The position numbers and the translations under genes were made by a program. Below, in pieces: positions 50,877-61,196 of a stretch of 64,000 bases of DNA (position 1 is its first letter; every line of letters begins with the position of its first letter). The notes under the pieces were generated by a model, which was not told the DNA's origin, ran no database searches, and saw nothing but the letters and a program-made list of their open reading frames with translations. Source of the stretch: Batkoa obscura (taxonomy: Eukaryota); assembly GCA_030770535.1 (NCBI GenBank), contig JASVEC010000011.1, positions 558,001-622,000 on the forward strand. Direction: 5' to 3'.

Positions 50877-51733
50877 GCCAAATTGATTACAAGACTACAA
50901 CTAGTTTTATAAATAATTTGATTATGATTTGTATAATATAATTAATTCAGAATTTTTTATTTTTATTTATCATAAAAACTTTCACTATCTAATTATAAAG
51001 GATATTTTCTTTTTTTAATATTTATACCTAATAGCTATAATAAAAAATAACTGCTATCATGTTTTATATATATAGCCACTTACTTAAAATATTTAAAAAA
51101 ATTCAATATAATAATTTAAAGCTTTTTAATTAACTTATTCTTTAATATTATATTTTTAATAAAGTTATTAAGTTTTTCTAACAGTATTTTGCATATATTT
51201 CATATTAATATCTTTTATTTTATTTATTTTACATAGTTTATAACATATTATATGCTACTTTTTATAATTCAAGTTTATTTTACTTACATAAACTAGGACT
51301 TTTTGAACTATAGCTAGTTAATCAAGTAAAAACTGCTTTCAGTTCTAATTACTAAGTACCAGCTTTCACAAAAGCATTTTTAAAGCAATACAATTTTTGA
51401 AAAAATGAAAAAAAATATTAATAAACATAATTTAAAATAGCCTGTTTTTTACTAGTTTTGATTTTTATATTTATATCAAAAACTTTGTATTTTAATATAC
51501 AAAAATTAAAATAAAAGCTATCACTTTATAGTTAACCATTTAAACGTATATTTAATTTTTTTTTAAGATTATTATATAAGTTATTTTTTATTTGATTTAA
51601 TGCTTAAAAAAACAAAAAGTTGATATAAAACAACTTTTAAAAAAAGTAATACAAAATAAATACAAAATATAAAAATAAATATAAATATATATTAGTTATA
51701 TAAAAATTAAACTAAAACATTATTTACTAAAAC

Positions 51734-52133
51734 TGTGAAATATCGCTTCGTCAGTCCCATGGTTAATTATTTTGATTTGTTATGAGAATTTCTAGTTCCG
51801 CCCAAAAGAATATTATCTTCTCATTTTGATACTTATACTTTTCAGAGTATAAAAGAGTTTACAGAGTATAATAGTTCGAGGCTTTTTAACTGAATTAATC
51901 CCTGATATCTCGAACATTTAATAAAGCCACTAAGTTTTCTTAATATTATTTTACATAGATTTTACATTAGTATTGTCTATTCTATTTGTCTTATATAGCT
52001 TGTAACCTATTACGTGCTATTCCTCATAATCCAAGTCTATCTTAGTTACATAAACTAAGACCTTTCGACTTATAGTGTAGTCAACCCAGCAATAGCTGTT
52101 CTTGACTCCAAACCCTGAGTACCAGATTTCACA
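51734..52133 (+). repeat. 5' LTR
   Basis: TGTGAAAT..ATTTCACA, 400 bp; no difference from 58887-59286 found by eye. Confidence 0.97.
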
Positions 52134-52135
52134 TT

Positions 52136-52150
52136 TGGCGCTCATAACTG
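52136..52150 (+). promoter_or_regulatory. Primer-binding site
   Basis: TGGCGCTCATAACTG begins 2 nt after the LTR and is complementary to a tRNA ending ..GAGCG-CCA. The isoacceptor is not determined. Confidence 0.75.
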
Positions 52151-52262
52151 GGAAAGCTCTTATAACTATTTTAGATAGCCTTTATAATCTTTCCTTTACG
52201 GTCCTTACCGCGTAACCACCCCAAACAAAGAAAAACCCCCTTAACCTCCTTAATTCTCAACT

Positions 52263-54779
52263 ATGGTCGACAATGGTCTTGCACCTTATTTTGCGGACTC
52301 AAAATACCTTCTTGATAACCGTCAACAGTTGATCATCACTGAATACGACATGGGTAGTAGTGATGAAGAGGAAGCTAGTGTTCTGACCCCAGAAATAGAA
52401 ACTGCTGCTTTAAATCAAGCTGCACTACCTCCTCACGTTGTAAACTCAGTCGTTACCTACGGAGCTGTCCCTATGCACGTCCTTGATGGTGACCTCTCCG
52501 CTTGGAGACAATACCAAAATAGTGGCTCCAGTACTCAAATCAATTTTCGTGCCCAGTACCAAACGGTACCTACCCTTTCCCACGTTCAACAATATCTAGT
52601 AGAGTTCCTGCACAACAAACTCATCCAGATGGTTGGTGAACTCGACCGTCTTTCAATTCATAACAATGAATTGTCTACCTCTTTGAGCTCACTTTTAACT
52701 ACGGTTAACAACCTTTCCATGATCAGTAACCAAAAGAGTGGTGTCATCGCCCCTTCAAATGAACTCCATGTTAGTAAGTTAAATGAGCTCAATCAAAGAC
52801 TTAATAACACCGTTACCTATGAAGCCCACAGAGAATTAGTAAGAGAAGTAGGAGATCTCAAAGCTGAATTACGTCAGCTCGATACTGCTCTACATTCTGA
52901 ACTTGTTAAAATCTCCGATGAGATCAACCTTTCCCTCACTGAGATCAATGACCATACTACTGAAAGAATCTCAGATATTGACGGAAAAACAAAAGCCACT
53001 TTCGCAGAACTCCATAGATCGCTAATGAATAAATTCAAAGAGTATAATCACCGCTTATCCTGTATTGAACAATCCCCTCCATCTACTTCAACCAAAGATG
53101 CTAGAATCTTGGCTTTAGAACAAGATTTAGCTGTTTGTAATGAACAAATGGCTCAACAAGTGACTACCATTAGCCAGCTTATCACCTCCAATAATAATTT
53201 GAAGGAACAAATTAGACTGGACAAAGAACAAACAGTAGTTGACTGGGAGGAAATCTCGCGTAACATACAGAGTACCAGAGAAGAGCTCATTCTTCTTCAG
53301 ACTAGGGTAGCTTCCAATACTAACCAAATCAAGGCATCTTCTTGCAATTGTAGAAAGGAGCGTATTGCTGTTTCAGCACCTCCCTCCAGACTCTCGAGTT
53401 ACAGAGACGTTCCAAGATACAATATATATGATCTGGGTGATAGTGCCACAGAATCTATCTTTGGTACTGAATATCAAATAAACCATAAGTATCATGGTTC
53501 TGTTCACTTGGTACAACCGGATGATCAAACAAAGAAAGAAGAGAACTCTCCTCAAGTTTCCACATACCTACCCCAATCAAATCCTAGAATGACTGCTGTA
53601 CCTACTGATGGTATTTACTCAAGAAATCCTGCTACAGGATCTAACGCTGATCCAATACGACCTCGTGTACAATCTTATGCTGAAGTCAACCTAGCCAATC
53701 CTTTTAACAAAAATAAGTCATCACATATTGCTCCTCAAATCGCTCAACATATATCCTATGAGAAATCTTCACCTCACTATGTACAAGCCGATCCGATTAC
53801 TGTTCAACATGATCATGGTATATCACACAATACCCATGACGCTTATTTTAGTCATCCTGGACCTTCTGGTAACGATCCAAAATCACATAGCTTCTCAACA
53901 CACCGCCACAACTACCCAAGAAGCTCCCAACCTGTTAACACAAAGTTTAATTTTAGTCTTTTATTCAATCCAAGTGAAATTACTGCTACTACCTTCATTA
54001 AAGCTCTAGAAGTTCATCTCGATGCCAACAACTGGACCTATGAATGTCGTCCTCAATGCCTTTTAGGTCAACTACAAACAAATGAACTTTCTTGGTGCAT
54101 GACTTTACCTGACGACTTACGCAGTAATTGGGATTCCTTCAAAAAGGCGTTTATAGACCATTATGATTCCGATGTAAAAATGGAAGCAAAAAAGGCAGCC
54201 CTCTTATCTTTACGTTTAGACGACGAAAGTAAACTTGAGAGTTTCATTACAAACGTAAGAAATCGTGCTAATGCCTTAATTTCCTGTGGAAAGTTAAGCG
54301 TTACAGACCTCCGCCTGGCCTTCCAGCGAAACCTTCCAAGTCATATCGCATGCCTTTTTCTAGATCCTCATCATAACATCACCAACGTTACACAGATGAT
54401 AGAGATTTTAGAATTATACCTTGGAAGTCCAAAAAGTGAAGTTAGACCCAAGAAATTATATGTTAATCACATAGATAAAGGGATGGACAACAACGAATAC
54501 CTTCATTGTTTTACCATCACTCAACAACACTACTCCAACCATCGTAAATCTCGAGTATTTACTGGATGCTGGAACTGTGGTGAATATGGACACATTACCG
54601 TTAACTGCACTGAACCAAAGCCAGAAAATGGTATTTTTAAATATTATTTCGAAAAGAATGTTCGCAACAATGAACGTTTCAATAAAAATAAACAAATAAA
54701 TCACCTCAATTATAACGATACTGAAGGCGATGATACTGAGAAGTTTGTCGACTCCGATAACGAGTCAAAAAACTTCTAA
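52263..54779 (+). CDS. gag: Gag polyprotein
   Basis: 838 aa; capsid-like segment (NWDSFKKAFIDHY) and CCHC knuckle CWNCGEYGHITVNC; long coiled-coil N-terminal part. Confidence 0.9.
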   Translation: MVDNGLAPYFADSKYLLDNRQQLIITEYDMGSSDEEEASVLTPEIETAALNQAALPPHVVNSVVTYGAVPMHVLDGDLSAWRQYQNSGSSTQINFRAQYQTVPTLSHVQQYLVEFLHNKLIQMVGELDRLSIHNNELSTSLSSLLTTVNNLSMISNQKSGVIAPSNELHVSKLNELNQRLNNTVTYEAHRELVREVGDLKAELRQLDTALHSELVKISDEINLSLTEINDHTTERISDIDGKTKATFAELHRSLMNKFKEYNHRLSCIEQSPPSTSTKDARILALEQDLAVCNEQMAQQVTTISQLITSNNNLKEQIRLDKEQTVVDWEEISRNIQSTREELILLQTRVASNTNQIKASSCNCRKERIAVSAPPSRLSSYRDVPRYNIYDLGDSATESIFGTEYQINHKYHGSVHLVQPDDQTKKEENSPQVSTYLPQSNPRMTAVPTDGIYSRNPATGSNADPIRPRVQSYAEVNLANPFNKNKSSHIAPQIAQHISYEKSSPHYVQADPITVQHDHGISHNTHDAYFSHPGPSGNDPKSHSFSTHRHNYPRSSQPVNTKFNFSLLFNPSEITATTFIKALEVHLDANNWTYECRPQCLLGQLQTNELSWCMTLPDDLRSNWDSFKKAFIDHYDSDVKMEAKKAALLSLRLDDESKLESFITNVRNRANALISCGKLSVTDLRLAFQRNLPSHIACLFLDPHHNITNVTQMIEILELYLGSPKSEVRPKKLYVNHIDKGMDNNEYLHCFTITQQHYSNHRKSRVFTGCWNCGEYGHITVNCTEPKPENGIFKYYFEKNVRNNERFNKNKQINHLNYNDTEGDDTEKFVDSDNESKNF

Positions 54780-54830
54780 GTGGGAGGATAAATGAGGATC
54801 CCCCTTCCACGAAGTTAAAAATTCCTCCTG
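54767..54830 (+). promoter_or_regulatory. -1 ribosomal frameshift signal
   Basis: A-AAA-AAC slippery heptamer in the gag frame, 6-nt spacer, then GTGGGAGG/CCTTCCAC stem; pol is in the -1 frame. Confidence 0.85.
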
Positions 54831-57800
54831 ATCCAGATGAAAGCACTGGATTAGACCTTAAAGTTAATACGCTTTCAAAATTTGACCCCTCTACCCTCAT
54901 CCTAGCACTTCCTTCGCGAATTCGTGGTAGACCTAAAAAGAAAAAAGTCCCTGTTGTGGAAATCCCTAAAGTCATTCCACCTCGAATTTTCAAGCTACCT
55001 GATAACTCTATTAATGCTCCTGATTCGATTCCAATGAACGAGATCTCCAAACCTTACATCTCACAATTATCTGATTTATCTAAACTATCCCTCACACAAA
55101 GCGAACTAGATAACACGCATCAGTGGTTAACCAATGTTACGATCCCAATCCCGCTAGACAAGATCTTAACTGGAGAATCAGACTTAGCAATTGCATTTAG
55201 AAAAATTATTAGAGAATACCAGAATCCAAATAAACAGATTCTTTTAGTAAACCTCGATGACAAAGCTAACTCCATCGATTGTACTTACATCAATGCGTCA
55301 ATTTATAAAAAGAATGTACGCATCATATTAGATAGTGGAGCTCCTATCAATTTCATATCGAGTCGTCTGGTAAAACGATTATCCTTTAAACCAGATATAG
55401 ATTGCTCAGACACCTTTGGTACAGCTGGAACTGGAACTACTACAGCACTAGGAGCATACTCATCAATACCAATCAAATTTGGAAAACTAACCTTAGCCTT
55501 TCCAGCAATAGTATTAGAAAGTGAAGGTTATGACTTCCTCCTAGGCACCGAATTCTTTGTGAAACACGGTTGTCAATTGTTGTACGATCAAAATATCTTA
55601 AAAATATTAGATCAATCCATCCCAATGTACTACAATAAACCAAGAGACCTATCTATCAATATGATAAACAATAAATCTCCTGGCTGCCGTATAATGAACT
55701 ATCGGACCAACAATAAATTAATTGATGTCACTCTCTGCGGATCAGAATCCGTAATTCATCAATATCCGGAGATAGCATATAAACAGTCTGGAATTCCCGT
55801 TATTTCTCCTAAGAACTTATTAATACCGCCTAAGTCACAGATAGTATTAGATACTGAGATCTCACTATGGATACCTAAGGAATTCCATTTATCTATATAT
55901 AGTATAGAAGGTGTCTCACAATTAGAACCACTAACTATGCCCGGAATTTTAGGCAACAACATGAATGAGACTATCAAGTTATTACTTGCAAACATTACCA
56001 AAAAAGAAATCAATATCTCTAGATGCCAACAGATTGGCACGATATACGTAGAAAACAACGCCTTGATTAATACTTTCAGTAAATTTGCAACACTAGAAGA
56101 ATTTCAAATTCACGAAGAGGCCCCAAATAACCAAGCCCTTTTTGTGGAAAAAGACACTATTAACCATCTAAACCAAGATGAGCAACTCCAATTTTATAAA
56201 TTGCTGGAGGAATATAAAGACATATTCGCAACTTCAGAAGAAGATATTGGTTGCGCTCGCAATACTAAACATAAAGTATATACATGTGATTCATTACCCG
56301 TCGCAACTAAAGCATATCGTAAATCTCAATCTGAACTCAAAGCAGAACGAGAAGAAGTTCAAAAACTCTTAAGGCTAGGTTTAATCATTCCTTCAAATAG
56401 TCCATGGGCCTCCCCCCTTATGATCGTTAAGAAAAAAGATGGAACTAATAGAGTAGTTATGGACTATAGAAAGCTTAACAAAATCACAAAGAAAGATGTA
56501 TACCCTCTACCCAGAATAGACGATGCGGTTGACCGATTACAAGGTGCTAAATACTTTTCAGCAATGGATTTAATCTCAGGATACTGGCAGGTAGAAATGG
56601 ATCCAGAAGACCAAGAAAAGTGCGCTTTAATAACTTCTGAAGGACTATTTCAACCAACTAGGATGCCACAAGGCCTTTCGAACGCTCCCGCTACATTCCA
56701 GCGTCTTATGGATAATACACTAGGTGACCTTAAACTTTCGTGTGTATTAATTTACTTAGATGACTTGAATGTGTTTTCAAGAACTTTTGTAGATCACTTA
56801 ACTCATCTTAAAGCAGTATTTGAGCGCCTCCGTCAAGCCAATCTAAAGTTAAAACCAAAGAAGTGTTCATTCTTCCAAACTAGTCTGGAATTTCTAGGCT
56901 ATAAAGTCTCTGACAAAGGACTAGCCCCTATTCCAAATAAACTAGATGCAGTAAAGGAGCTTCTCCCCCCAACTACAATGCGGGAGGTACAAGTGTTCCT
57001 TGGATTAATGAATTATTATCGAAGGTTTATAAAAGACTTTTCGAATTTAGCTACCCCACTGTTCCAATTACTAAAGAAAGAAGTCAAGTTTCAATGGAAG
57101 GAAGAACACCAACAAGCTTTTGAAGAGCTTCGCAACAAGCTGCTTAACGCCCCAGTATTGATGTTTCCAAATTTCTCAAAGCCCTTCTCACTACATACTG
57201 ACGCTAGTCTAACTGCAGTTGGAGGTGTTTTAAGTCAACTCGATGATAACAATTGTGAACACCCAATAGCCTATACCTCTAGGACCTTGTCGAAACACGA
57301 AAGGAACTACACTACAACAGAGAAAGAATGCCTTGCAATTATTCATGCTATAAAGGCATTTAGACCGTATATCTACGGCACTCACTTTACTGTTATTACC
57401 GATCATGTTTCCCTAAAATGGTTGTATTCAATCACTAATCCTGAAGGACGTTTAGCTAGGTGGGCTCTAAAACTACAATCGTATAGTTTTGATATAGTAT
57501 ATAAACCAGGTAAAGATCATCAAAATGCAGATGGGCTTAGCAGGTTGCCCAGAATTTGTCTAGCTACCCCCATAGATGATGATTTGTACAATCTATTGGG
57601 TAATAAAGATAAATGGCCGCAGCAGCAGCCTGAACTCAAACAATGGCTTGAGAAAAACGCTCAAAATATCATTGTAAGAGATAATGCCTTGTATAAAAAG
57701 ATTAAGGGAACATATATTCCATATATTAGGCCTTCTTCACGACTATCTGCATGCCAACAATTCCATGATGTAATCTGTGGACATTCAGCCTTCCAAAAAA

Positions 57801-58789
57801 CATACGATACTATGAAAGTCTCCTGCTATTGGGAATCAATGATACCAGATTTGGAAGACTTTATAAATAATTGCGATGTTTGCAAGAGGGAACAAAGTAA
57901 AATAAAAGCTACAGCCTATAAGTTTATTTTACCTAAACATGCATTTCACACGGTAAGTATAGATGTAATAGGTCCTCTCTGTGAGGCCTCCTCGGTAAGA
58001 GGGAACAAATTTATTGTTGTAGCTATCGACCATCTAACTAAATGGGTTGAAGCTAAAGCAATACCAAATCAGACTTCCTTTCACATATCTAAATTTATAT
58101 ACGAAGATATTATTTGTAGGCATGGAAGCCCTCAGGTGATACTTACTGATAACGCTGCCAATTTTGTTAACCTGGTTCTCCCGAAATTAGCTAGACTAAT
58201 GGCCATAAAGCATTCTACTGCAGCTCCATATCACCCTGAAACTAACGGAATGGTTGAGAGAGTAAATGGTACACTAGTACGTATACTAAGGAAGCTGGCT
58301 TTCGATAAAACTAGCTCTTGGGATGAATATCTACATTCTGCTATTTTAGCATATAGATATTCAGTACATAGTATTACCAAAAAATCCCCTTTTGTTATGC
58401 TTTATGGGAGACATCCGGGACTCCCCATATCATTCGCTCCTTTGATGGTTAGACAAGAAGAGATGAGTCCTGACATGTACTTGCTTAAGCTAACAAAAAA
58501 ATTAATAGCTATCCAAGTTGACGCCTTTAATGCATTGACAGACTCGAAAACAAGGAGGTATCGACAAGATATTTCTCGACTTCCTCGTCTAGCCGTCTTC
58601 AAAGTAGGTGATATCGTTCATCTGTACCCTTCCTATAATCAATCTAGAAAAAATAAATTAGCATTGAAATGGGATGGACCATATGAAGTCATACATAAAC
58701 ACTTGTATGATAGCTATTCAATTAAACATAAACGAACAAGCGTTATATATAACCGAGTCCATGCCAAGTTTCTCAAATCAGCAATGTGA
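54773..58789 (+). CDS. pol: Pol polyprotein (PR, dUTPase-like, RT, RNase H, IN), entered by frameshift
   Basis: Frame is open from the slippery site. LDSGA (PR), YLDD (RT), HTDAS (RNase H), H..H..CDVC and D,D,E core (IN), WDGPYEV; no chromodomain seen. Confidence 0.95.
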   Translation, partial: LLSGRINEDPPSTKLKIPPDPDESTGLDLKVNTLSKFDPSTLILALPSRIRGRPKKKKVPVVEIPKVIPPRIFKLPDNSINAPDSIPMNEISKPYISQLSDLSKLSLTQSELDNTHQWLTNVTIPIPLDKILTGESDLAIAFRKIIREYQNPNKQILLVNLDDKANSIDCTYINASIYKKNVRIILDSGAPINFISSRLVKRLSFKPDIDCSDTFGTAGTGTTTALGAYSSIPIKFGKLTLAFPAIVLESEGYDFLLGTEFFVKHGCQLLYDQNILKILDQSIPMYYNKPRDLSINMINNKSPGCRIMNYRTNNKLIDVTLCGSESVIHQYPEIAYKQSGIPVISPKNLLIPPKSQIVLDTEISLWIPKEFHLSIYSIEGVSQLEPLTMPGILGNNMNETIKLLLANITKKEINISRCQQIGTIYVENNALINTFSKFATLEEFQIHEEAPNNQALFVEKDTINHLNQDEQLQFYKLLEEYKDIFATSEEDIGCARNTKHKVYTCDSLPVATKAYRKSQSELKAEREEVQKLLRLGLIIPSNSPWASPLMIVKKKDGTNRVVMDYRKLNKITKKDVYPLPRIDDAVDRLQGAKYFSAMDLISGYWQVEMDPEDQEKCALITSEGLFQPTRMPQGLSNAPATFQRLMDNTLGDLKLSCVLIYLDDLNVFSRTFVDHLTHLKAVFERLRQANLKLKPKKCSFFQTSLEFLGYKVSDKGLAPIPNKLDAVKELLPPTTMREVQVFLGLMNYYRRFIKDFSNLATPLFQLLKKEVKFQWKEEHQQAFEELRNKLLNAPVLMFPNFSKPFSLHTDASLTAVGGVLSQLDDNNCEHPIAYTSRTLSKHERNYTTTEKECLAIIHAIKAFRPYIYGTHFTVITDHVSLKWLYSITNPEGRLARWALKLQSYSFDIVYKPGKDHQNADGLSRLPRICLATPIDDDLYNLLGNKDKWPQQQPELKQWLEKNAQNIIVRDNALYKKIKGTYIPYIRPSSRLSACQQFHDVICGHSAFQKTYDTMKVSCYWESMIPDLEDFINNCDVCKREQSKIKATAYKFILPKHAFHTVSIDVIGPLCEASSVRGNKFIVVAIDHLTKWVEAKAIPNQTSFHISKFIYEDIICRHGSPQVILTDNAANFVNLVLPKLARLMAIKHSTAAPYHPETNGMVERVNGTLVRILRKLAFDKTSSWDEYLHSAILAYRYSVHSITKKSPFVMLYGRHPGLPISFAPLMVRQEEMSPDMYLLKLTKKLIAIQVDAFNALTDSKTRRYRQDISRLPRLAVFKVGDIVHLYPSYNQSRKNKLALKWDGPYEVIHKHLYDSYSIKHKRTSVIYNRVHAKFLKSAM

Positions 58790-58875
58790 TTCAATGAATA
58801 CAATTTGTAACTAGTCAAATTCCATCTCATAGGTTCTCGGTAAGTAAGCCATAAAAATTCACTATATCAAATCAT

Positions 58876-58886
58876 AGGGAGGGAAA
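58876..58886 (+). promoter_or_regulatory. Polypurine tract
   Basis: AGGGAGGGAAA abutting the 3' LTR. Confidence 0.85.
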
Positions 58887-59286
58887 TGTGAAATATCGCT
58901 TCGTCAGTCCCATGGTTAATTATTTTGATTTGTTATGAGAATTTCTAGTTCCGCCCAAAAGAATATTATCTTCTCATTTTGATACTTATACTTTTCAGAG
59001 TATAAAAGAGTTTACAGAGTATAATAGTTCGAGGCTTTTTAACTGAATTAATCCCTGATATCTCGAACATTTAATAAAGCCACTAAGTTTTCTTAATATT
59101 ATTTTACATAGATTTTACATTAGTATTGTCTATTCTATTTGTCTTATATAGCTTGTAACCTATTACGTGCTATTCCTCATAATCCAAGTCTATCTTAGTT
59201 ACATAAACTAAGACCTTTCGACTTATAGTGTAGTCAACCCAGCAATAGCTGTTCTTGACTCCAAACCCTGAGTACCAGATTTCACA
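58887..59286 (+). repeat. 3' LTR
   Basis: 400-bp direct repeat of 51734-52133. Confidence 0.97.
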
Positions 59287-60485
59287 AAACTTATTTATCA
59301 TGCTAAATTAAAAAATTCAATATCATCAAATTAAACCAGCATACACAACTTTATAAAAGCAGGTATTTATATTTTAAAAGTTTAACAAAGCTTTAATTTA
59401 ATAATATAATATGACAGAAAAAGCTTTAAAGTATATATTAATGCTTTTTTAAATTAAAAATTACTATTAAAAGGTTGAATATTGTTTCTTAATAAAAAAT
59501 CGAAGATAAATTTCAAAAGATTTTTTTTACACTTTGTTAAAAATTAATAATATTGCTTTATGATGTTATTAATATAAAATTTAAAAGGAATAAATTATAG
59601 ATTATTTTGAATTATATTTTTAAGTTTTATAGCTATGTCTGCTCTTTTTGCCAAATCATGTTATCTTGAAAATGTCTACATAAAGCGTGGGCACCCTGTT
59701 TTAATACTTTATTACATTATTTATTTAGATCTTATAAGTGTAAATAAAAAAATTTAAAAAATGTATATTAATTATTCAAATGAAAAAAATAATTATGACG
59801 AGTGTTTTTTCATTTCAAGAAGATTATGCAATAGATAATGTAGCGATAAAAACCTTATATTAAAAAACAAATTATACTTAATACTATATAATGTGATACC
59901 TTATTTTTAGAATATTATTATTATTCTATAAAATAATTCTATAAATAAAAAATAAAATCCATTTTTAAAAGGTTCAGTTTCAAACACTCGAATTCCTTGC
60001 ATAGTTTTAAAAATACTGGGGACAAAACAAGTAATAAAAAATACCCATTTTTACTTCATTAATAATTTACTTAATTTATTATCAAACGGGTATTCTTCTA
60101 TTAAATAGAAATCAAAATATTAAGCTAACAGTCACGAATTTAATAACTCAATAATGTAAACTTAAATAAATATTATACTTAAAACAGATGTCAATAATAC
60201 AACAATGCTGATTATGAGATCACTTAACATTAAATAATAAAATAGTTTCAAATTCAAAGTTTTATTTGAAACCAAAAACCACTGAGCATTAAAAGTCACA
60301 CTAACCACTAGTCTGGGTGTAAAAAAAGTTAAATTTTTCAAAAAATAGCTCAAAATTTCCAAAAAAAATACAAAAAAATCAATTCTTAGCTAATTTAATA
60401 TTATGTTCAGGGGTAAATAAGTGTCCTAAAAAAATATATAAATAGTAAATTAAAGCCTTGGACTTTTTTAAGACATAATTTTAAA

Positions 60486-61085
60486 ATGAAATTTTTATAT
60501 TATTTTACCTTCTCTTTATCTTTGAACTTTATAACATCTGCTTCACTTTCATTGTCAAAAAGGGAGGATTGTAAATTATCAAGTTTAACTCCAACAATCC
60601 AAGGGAATCCATACTATTCAATTTTACCCTTAGACGCTTGTCCAGTGTGTCCAGAAACAAACAGTTGTAATGAATGCAAAGTGAAAATTAGTGACACGTT
60701 TTCAGTAAGAAACACCCGCTTTTGGTCTAAGATATTACTTGGGTTTACCATACCAAAAGATAGAAAAATCAAAAAATGTACTCTCAGCTTAACCCCGGTT
60801 GAAAATCAACAATTTCTTTCACTAAACACTTTAGTTGATGTTTATACTACTTCTTCTTTTAATCCTGATGAAGTGACTTGGAACAATAGTCCAAAAGATA
60901 ATGACTTGATTTCTACTTTTGATACTAAAAATCCAAATCCAGTAGATGTTACTAAATATTGCCAGGGGGGTGATGTTTACTTTTCAATTGTTAAAAATGA
61001 TACCATTGGACCTGAAAATATTTCTTTTTATTCCGCTACTTCTCAAAAACCACCAAAATTAGAAGTGGAGTATGAGTCTTCTTAA
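60486..61085 (+). CDS. Secreted DNRLRE/CBM96-like protein, paralog of 38730-39326
   Basis: Signal peptide and KR site; PLDACPVCP..CNEC; SKILLGFTIP..IKKCTLSL; VDVY..EVTWNNSP; VDVTKYC; FYSATSQKPPKLEVEY. Confidence 0.75.
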   Translation: MKFLYYFTFSLSLNFITSASLSLSKREDCKLSSLTPTIQGNPYYSILPLDACPVCPETNSCNECKVKISDTFSVRNTRFWSKILLGFTIPKDRKIKKCTLSLTPVENQQFLSLNTLVDVYTTSSFNPDEVTWNNSPKDNDLISTFDTKNPNPVDVTKYCQGGDVYFSIVKNDTIGPENISFYSATSQKPPKLEVEYESS

Positions 61086-61196
61086 CTTGTAAAGTTTAAA
61101 ACTGTATATATTGTTTAAAAATTAAAAATAAACCTTTTTTCCTCACAAATTTTATAACATGTTTCTAACAAATTATTTTATTTCAAATTTTCAATT

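Larger units (their letters stand above)
51734..59286 (+). mobile_element. Intact Ty3/Gypsy LTR retrotransposon
   Basis: Two 400-bp TG..CA LTRs, AAAC duplication on both flanks, PBS TGGCGCTC after the 5' LTR, PPT before the 3' LTR, open gag and pol in PR-RT-RH-IN order. Confidence 0.98.

Noticed and set aside
52136..52150. PBS primed by the tRNA-Ile encoded at 202-274
   Set aside because: That tRNA ends ACGGAGCA-CCA, whereas the PBS requires ATGAGCG-CCA.
60015..60430. Possible second MITE bounded by GGGGACA..TGTCCTA
   Set aside because: Inverted match is only about 5-6 bp, and there is no second copy in the window.
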